Shown here piece after piece: positions 22,388 through 29,249 of a stretch of 29,249 nucleotides of DNA (the first letter of the stretch is position 1; each line of letters opens with the position of its first letter). The translations under genes were made by a program, and so were the position numbers. The notes under the pieces are model-generated. The model had not been told where the DNA came from and ran no database searches. It saw nothing but the letters and a program-made list of their open reading frames with translations. The DNA lies in contig JANKJI020000005.1 in the NCBI GenBank assembly GCA_024626585.2, forward strand, positions 1-29,249. Direction: 5' to 3'. This stretch comes from Ginkgo biloba (taxonomy: Eukaryota > Plantae > Ginkgophyta).

Positions 22388-23630
22388 TGTTACCTTGTTG
22401 GAGTAATGACATGGGCAACAATTATGCTCCTCAACATTCCTATTTTTTCTTGAACAATCTTTTTCTACACCAAAGCTGGTTGTATTGGGCACAATATCAT
22501 CTCTATTGTCATTGGGAAAAGTGTAGAAGATTACTGGGCAATAACTGGCAGTGAACAGTATCGACTAAGCTCTGTTGCCGTCATGATGACAATCATAGTG
22601 GAGCTGAAATTCGACTGGAAGGCTGTCATTGGAAGTTCTATTGGATTTCTGGGAGCAGCTGTAGGTAGTGTTGGAGGTGGTGGAATATTTATTCCCATGT
22701 TGAACTTGGTCACTGGTTTTGAGGCAAATCTTCGACAACCTTATCAAAATGTATGATTATGGGAACTATAGTACCGTGTGGTACAGTGTAAAGTTGAAAA
22801 AGCCAACAAAAAGAAATCTCCCAATCANNNNNNNNNNNNNNNNNNNNNNNNNNNCAGCCCATGCTTATGATGAGTGTCAGCATGGGAGTTGCACTCAATG
22901 TCATTTTTGCAAAATGGATGGCTACTCTTCTACTCAATCCTTTTCATAGCTACGTCAGTCAAATCTTTTTTGAAGGTCATACAGGCTTGGAATCAGGAAA
23001 CAATTCTAAAGGCTAAGAAGCAGAGGCAAAGGTCATTAAGCACTGAAGGGAAAGCAAGTAGAGTTAGAGACTACTCATCTCTTCCTTCTAACAATAGGAA
23101 AGAGATTGACATTATGGAGTCAGTTTGGTTGAAGGATTGATGGAAAGAAGTTGCAGTGCTTTCCTTGGTGTGGGGTATATTCTTAAATTTTGCAGAACAA
23201 CTTTCCAAGATGTGGCTTATCATTCTCGATATTCGATGTGCTACAGATCTCTGTGGCATTTGGTGTGACAGCTTCTGAAGGTGCAAGCCTACAAAAATGT
23301 ACCAAATAGAAGCAACAAACCAGTCATCCAAAAGATATATGTGCAACTGCAGTAGAGTGGACTACATCACACTTTATATTATCTATAACTTCTGGAGTCA
23401 TTTCTCGGATGGTTGGAGACTTACTTTGTTTGGGTGAGATGGATTTATTATGGTGCCTGTGTTTCTAGAACTGGGCGTTGTCCCAAAGGTGTCAAGTGCG
23501 ACAGCAACATTTATTCTCGTCTTTGATGTCGATGGTGGAGTACAATTTTCTTCATAGGTTTCCTGTTCCTTATGCATTGTACCTCGCCTTTATAAGTGTT
23601 CTAGCTAGTTTCTGGGGCCAACTTGGAGTG
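22388..23630 (+). pseudogene. Intronless pseudogene (retrocopy) of a plant sulfite exporter TauE/SafE family membrane protein
   Basis: ELKFDWKAVIGSSIGFLGAAVGSVGGGGIFIPMLNLVTGF (from 22601); LSKCMIMG; STVWYSVKLKKPT..LPI; QPMLMMSVSMGVALNVIFAKW; ILFIATSVKSFLKVIQAWNQETILK; WKEVAVLSLVW; GFIMVPVFLELGVVPKVSSATATF; SLMSMVEYNFLHRFPVPYALYL...SFWGQ. Collinear with plant TauE/SafE proteins, with multiple frameshifts/stops, no introns and the C-terminus missing. The 5' boundary upstream of 22601 is uncertain. Confidence 0.93.
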
Positions 23631-23762
23631 TGGATCAATTGGTTAAGACTGCAACTAAATGAGGCTGTAAAGCTAGACCTGACTTGAAGGTCAAGAGAAC
23701 TTGAAGACAATTTTCAGGAATAACCCTCCTTTACAGTCAGTGCTTTGAGGGCAACACATCTT

Positions 23763-23774
23763 AAGTGGGGAGGA
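23763..23774 (+). promoter_or_regulatory. Polypurine tract of an LTR retrotransposon
   Basis: aagtggggagga, preceded by a gypsy pol-end-like stretch (...PPLQSVL*GQHILSGED) and followed by TATTAC (decayed TGTTAC). Confidence 0.6.
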
Positions 23775-25179
23775 TATTACAATCTCTGCGACTGAAGAAT
23801 TTGAACTCTGAATTAGGAGTAATAAGATGTAGGAGAAATTTTGAATTTTGAATTTTGAATTTCGAATGAGGGAGGTAACTTGAGAACCATTGAATTTGAT
23901 GATTTCGCATCCATAGCCTTAAAAAGCTGTGTGCTTTTTTTGTGTTGTGCGTTTCTGGAAAAGAAAGAGAATAAAACAAAAAGAAAAAGAAAAGTAGATT
24001 TACTAGCTCAGCGCCATCTGGTCTTGGGCTGGGAAAAACAAGATGGAGAATATGAGACAGACGATTCAGTGAGGGGGAGTCAAACTTTTAGAATAGTTCA
24101 AAAATGTTGAATTAGGGGCTGATCCTCCAATGGATTTAGAGTGTGGTCTCCTCTAAGGACCATTCCTTCAATAACCCGGCATACCCTTCCCACTCCATCA
24201 ATTTTCCATTGTGTTGCTCCCATCGTGCACCATTTCTCTCTTAGATGCATAATTCAGTGTCCCTGTGAGTCGACCTACCCTTAGTTGCATACTCCCAATG
24301 TTTTTACAAGTTGACTATTGTCTCTATCCATAATCTGAATTGCATTGCAGTGCAACCAAGCTTGGACAATCATAAGCACACCAGTGGTATCTATCAGTTC
24401 AACGTTGACACGACTTCTCAGTAGTGCTACAAAATCCTATTGATAGGCGTGTATAAGGCTTCAACTACAGGTTAGAGAAACATGTCCAGATTTCTCTCTC
24501 AGATGACCAGAAGAATTTGAGCATCTTCAGCTCCTACCTAGATTGTATGTGATAGCATCTTGAGTCACCAAGGAAAAATCAATAATTTCCTGATAAGCAA
24601 TCATTTTCATCAGTTGAGCAGCGCCTATANNNNNNNNNNNNTCACTTGGGATGGCACCTAAGGAATCCTAAGGGCACTGCATGTATTAGACAATCAGGAG
24701 ACTGCAGGCCACATTTCAATGTCTGGGTGAGTTCTCTGACGCCTAGGATCAGTTCAAGACCAAAGGCACTCACCAGCGACTGTGTAGAGGGAGAGATCTC
24801 ACATCTATATTCCCAACATGTTTGTAAAGAGGCCAAGTTCTTGTAAGAGTCATAAATGCTTAATATTGAGCCACCATTGTTTACCTGGCAGTCATATACT
24901 TAATCTAAACTTTGTTGCTGCAATTCCTATTTACAGTCGTTGATAAATAAAACTACAGAATTTATTTCCTACATCCTCTGTTCATGGTGTTGGTGTGGAT
25001 TTAATAGAGATCTTCAAATTCTTGTTCCTGGACAGTTATCTAGTGATGGTAATATTGTCATTGCATGTTGTCGGTTTCTGATGGTAATATGCCTGAGTAC
25101 GCAACATGGCCATTAGTTCAGTTTACTAATTTCCACTATAGATCACTTAGTTAGCGGAAAATTAGGTAGGATCCTAATA
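23775..25179 (+). mobile_element. Probable ~1.4-kb LTR of a Ty3/gypsy element
   Basis: Begins TATTA right after the PPT and ends TAATA right before a PBS (mutually inverted termini, read as deaminated TGTTA...TAACA). Non-coding, with a (ttttgaa)n tract at ~23839-23865 and aataaa at ~24946. A 12-N gap lies inside. Confidence 0.6.
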
Positions 25180-25180
25180 G

Positions 25181-25193
25181 TGGCATCAGAGCC
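25181..25193 (+). promoter_or_regulatory. tRNA-Met-type primer-binding site
   Basis: taata-g-TGGCATCAGAGCC, one mismatch to TGGTATCAGAGC. Confidence 0.75.
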
Positions 25194-25303
25194 ATTGTAC
25201 TTTNNNNNNNNNNNNNNNNNNNNNNNNNNNNNNNNNNNNNNNNNNNNNNNNNNNNNNNNNNNNNNNNNNNNNNNNNNNNNNNNNNNNNNNNNNNNNNNNN
25301 NNN

Positions 25304-25690
25304 TGCACTGTACACGAATATGGGGAAATCCATCCAAGTCCTTTTATTCATAAGCGAGAGCACAATTACATACATCTGATACATCATATATCTCATTACA
25401 AGCACTTCGTATAATGGCGTTCTAGCATTACATTCTGTCTACCCTTGTAAGCTTATGTTACAACTATATACAATGGGAAGACGGTTATGTAACCATTGCG
25501 GAAGTTACAACAAATCCGATGGTGTCGGTGAGGATGATGTCAGACTCCGTTGGTGATCCTTACTGTCGTCGAAGTCTCTCTTCACTCTTCTCGCCGGCAG
25601 GTCCATGCTCGTCGGTGCCAGTGAATCTCTGTCGGTGAATACCTCGTCGGTGTCGGAGTTGGCCGACCTTTGTCGGATACCTGTCCAACA
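25304..25690 (-). mobile_element. Possible copia-type LTR fragment
   Basis: On the minus strand it starts TGTTGGAC after a weak purine tract (tgagagtag). It has a CpG-rich U3-like region with repeated gtcgg/ccgac motifs, then tatatag and aataaa motifs downstream. The 3' end is in a gap. Confidence 0.4.
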
Positions 25691-26188
25691 CTACTCTCAA
25701 AAGACAGGACCAATAAGAACATTTCCCAAATAGAAGTTGGCCATACTATACTTGAAGAATAGACACATTCCGATGATTTCAAGAATCTATTGTTTATTTC
25801 AATTCATTGCACAACAACTAGGAAGGAATAGAGGTAATGCATGTTGATATGCAATCCAATCTATACAAGATCTCTCAGGCAGTACACCATGAATCTTACA
25901 GGTTGAGCATGGAGTTGCTTTATTTGAAGATGGACTCAATAAGTACTCACACAAAGATTAGAGGTTCCAATGGTATGCAATAACAAGTGATGTGGCTATT
26001 ACATATAGGCGGTCAAAGATCATAGAAAACAAGTCTGCATTGTGTAAAGCTACATGCCAGTAAGAGAATTCTGGACACTACTGTAAAGCATATGGACTTT
26101 CAACTACTTGTTAATTTTCTAACCAATCACCAAGAGATGATGAACATCTATACTATATACTTAAAAAAAAAAAAAGCATGCCCAACCA

Positions 26189-26790
26189 ACCGAATAGAAC
26201 AGAAGATGGAAANNNNNNNNNNNNNNNNNNNNNNNNNNNNNNNNCAGAAAATAGAAACGGAGGATGAAATGAAATGACTAGCTGAATAGAGTAGAAGATA
26301 GAAACGAGATGGGAACGGAAGATGGAAACAAAATGGAACAAAAGATAGAAACGAGACAGGAACAGAAAATGGAAACACGACTGGAATGGAACATGGAAAC
26401 GAAACGATCGATAGAATGGAACAGAAGGTAGAAATAAGACGAGAACAAAAGATGGAAACAGATGGAACAAAATATGGAAACTAGAAGGGAACAGAAGATG
26501 GAAATAGGATGGAAGACAAGACAAGAATGAGTTAAGAGGTGGGAGACGAGAATGAGACATAAGGCGGGACAAGAACAAGACGAAAAATAGGAACGATATG
26601 GGAGACGTGACAGAAATAGAGAGCAAAAATTACATGGGAACATGGAACAAATGAGAGATGGGAACAGAGATGGGAGACGAAAACGAGATGGGAGATGGAA
26701 TAGGAACAAGATGGGAGATGAGATGGAAATAGGTAATAGAGATAGGAGATGGGATGCAAAACGAGACGAGATAGGAAACAAGAACAAGAA
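26189..26790. repeat. Purine-rich degenerate tandem repeat (gatggaaac / gaaacgaga / ggaacagaa units)
   Basis: Recurring gaacagaagatggaaa, gagatggga and aaacgaga motifs with strong A/G strand skew. Confidence 0.8.
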
Positions 26791-29249
26791 GCCATTTGAA
26801 TTGTGGCAATTATTTGCTACAGGTAAANNNNNNNNNNNNNNNNNNNNNNNNNNNNNNNNNNNNNNNNNNNNNNNNNNNNNNNNNNNNNNNNNNNNNNNNN
26901 NNNNNNNNNNNNNNNNNNNNNNNNNNNNNNNNNNNNNNNNNNNNNNNNNNNNNNNNNNNNNNNNNNNNNNNNNNNNNNNNNNNNNNNNNNNNNNNNNNNN
27001 NNNNNNNNNNNNNNNNNNNNNNNNNNNNNNNNNNNNNNNNNNNNNNNNNNNNNNNNNNNNNNNNNNNNNNNNNNNNNNNNNNNNNNNNNNNNNNNNNNNN
27101 NNNNNNNNNNNNNNNNNNNNNNNNNNNNNNNNNNNNNNNNNNNNNNNNNNNNNNNNNNNNNNNNNNNNNNNNNNNNNNNNNNNNNNNNNNNNNNNNNNNN
27201 NNNNNNNNNNNNNNNNNNNNNNNNNNNNNNNNNNNNNNNNNNNNNNNNNNNNNNNNNNNNNNNNNNNNNNNNNNNNNNNNNNNNNNNNNNNNNNNNNNNN
27301 NNNNNNNNNNNNNNNNNNNNNNNNNNNNNNNNNNNNNNNNNNNNNNNNNNNNNNNNNNNNNNNNNNNNNNNNNNNNNNNNNNNNNNNNNNNNNNNNNNNN
27401 NNNNNNNNNNNNNNNNNNNNNNNNNNNNNNNNNNNNNNNNNNNNNNNNNNNNNNNNNNNNNNNNNNNNNNNNNNNNNNNNNNNNNNNNNNNNNNNNNNNN
27501 NNNNNNNNNNNNNNNNNNNNNNNNNNNNNNNNNNNNNNNNNNNNNNNNNNNNNNNNNNNNNNNNNNNNNNNNNNNNNNNNNNNNNNNNNNNNNNNNNNNN
27601 NNNNNNNNNNNNNNNNNNNNNNNNNNNNNNNNNNNNNNNNNNNNNNNNNNNNNTCCATCGTCTTATGCACATCAACTCATCCAAGTTTGCAAACCATCAA
27701 CTCTTATTTTTATTTTAGAAAGTGAATTCCATACATAATCTTTTGGATTTCCTTTTTCCTTGCTAGGGACTGGCAACCCAATTCCCTATCTGATCTCTTG
27801 GCTGCCTGTTGCAACTTACTCAAAATCAGGAAAATATGTCCTTACCAAGTCTCTTGGTTAAANNNNNNNNNNNNNNNNNNNNNNNNNNNNNNNNNNAACC
27901 TGAACCAATCACAATTCCTTGAAACTCACATAGAATCAAATTCTAGTTTCTCACCAGGTCTCTTAGATTTTCGGTCTCCTCACCTACTGCTAGGAACTAA
28001 AGTACCTACCAGGTTGCTTGAAAAACCTCCTCATCTGAGACTTTAAACTAATCCCCTGCAAGTCTCTTCGCCAGAGAAATTCTAGACATCACCTGAGATT
28101 GATTCTGGATGCAACTCAGAAAACACATATTCTAATGTTCCAAACAATCATCTTCTTGATCATCTCTTGAATCCCTGTTTCTCTTTCTCTTTTCCTCCTC
28201 CTCAGAAAATCCTCCTTTTTTACCCCCACTATAACAGTAGCGCGTTCTCCCTTTACAAAGCACTTATCCCTGCATTGATTTGAAGTCACAGGGTAAGATG
28301 TGGCTTTGTTCTGAATTTCTTTTCCTACAACCATCTTCCATCCCAAGTTCAAATTTCAAATTTCAAATCTAGAACATTCAAGGAGAATATTCAATAGACT
28401 TTCGTTATTCATATCGCATCTGTCTAGTCCAACCCTCCCTCCAACAAACAAATCAATGCAATAAACAAAGCTCTATAGAGAGCATGCTAATGGCCCAAAA
28501 ATGCCTTCCAATGCGCATAAATTTATTTGAATTTCTCTATGATTGCAGTATTAAATCAGCATACTGCCATATCTTTCTCTGAAAAGGACTTCTTCGCAGT
28601 TTATCTTTTATCACCAATTCACAAGCCATACATGGCTCCACTGAAATTCATTTGCTCAAAACCCACTTGTTTCCCATATCCGCATTATACTTTCTCATGG
28701 CATTTCCTATTCCGTAGCTTTTTAAGCTTCATGAAATGTTAAAGTTTTGTTTCAAAATTTTCATGTGAAACATGTTTCACAAAGATCTAGATATGCAAAC
28801 CAAAACATGACACTTACATAGTACACATATTCACAGTGAAATTTCGGATTTAGAAACTCAATGGTAAGTGAAAATAAACGTAATTTTAGACAATGATATT
28901 CCTCAGTCTAACTTTTATTCTTTGATTTATTAGTTTATAATTAGATATATCTTATTGAAGTTAATATTTATCAGTAACTTGACTCGTGTTTCAAAGGCAT
29001 TTCTTGAAACACCAAGTTTCATTCATAAAATTTGGTATGGAATGCTTTTCACCAAAGGGCGAAATGTGTTTTGTGTTAACAATGTCCTATTGCTTCAAGA
29101 GTGTGTAGCAGATATTCAAATAAGCATAACCTCTCACTTTGCTGCCTAAATTTGGCATCCAACCAGCGATATTCTCTCCAAGCTGTTTTTCCAGGTTGTT
29201 TAGATGAAATACCTAGGTTATTAAGAGAAAATATACCAATCTATGTGTC

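Noticed and set aside
26153-27725. Long ORFs of 157-468 aa
   Set aside because: Produced by low-complexity repeat sequence and N-gap read-through.
27900-28450. Possible minus-strand LTR with a (tttgaaa)n tract like that at ~23840
   Set aside because: No termini, PBS or convincing PPT could be fixed.
29080-29249. Possible minus-strand host exon after a pyrimidine tract and AG
   Set aside because: Short, no recognisable protein, and cut by the window edge.

Overview
AT-rich, gap-ridden eukaryotic (land-plant) DNA made up mostly of decayed mobile elements, with no intact host gene visible. From left to right: (1) a heavily mutated Helitron Rep-Pif1 helicase gene (1-2907, +). (2) An endogenous caulimovirid (plant pararetrovirus) cluster: a minus-strand movement-protein/capsid fragment (3008-4320), a plus-strand capsid-Zn knuckle-protease-RT-RNase H polyprotein remnant without integrase (4422-~8100), and a third opposed segment carrying a Zn knuckle (~8100-8928). 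(3) A minus-strand Penelope-like element (PLE) reverse transcriptase remnant (~9530-10830). It has no C-terminal GIY-YIG, and its 3' flank holds three 28-bp palindromes spaced about 100 bp apart with compensatory base changes; this is the most unusual signal in the window. (4) Degenerate repeats (11-21 kb). (5) A Ty3/gypsy LTR end, PBS and gag (21.4-22.3 kb). (6) An intronless, frameshifted TauE/SafE retrocopy joined directly to a PPT and a ~1.4-kb LTR followed by another PBS (22.4-25.2 kb). (7) Further LTR-like and low-complexity sequence. The caulimovirid plus PLE combination suggests a non-flowering vascular plant (gymnosperm, fern or lycophyte); this is inference only. All long X-containing ORFs in the track are artefacts of N gaps. 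Translations and alignments were done by eye.
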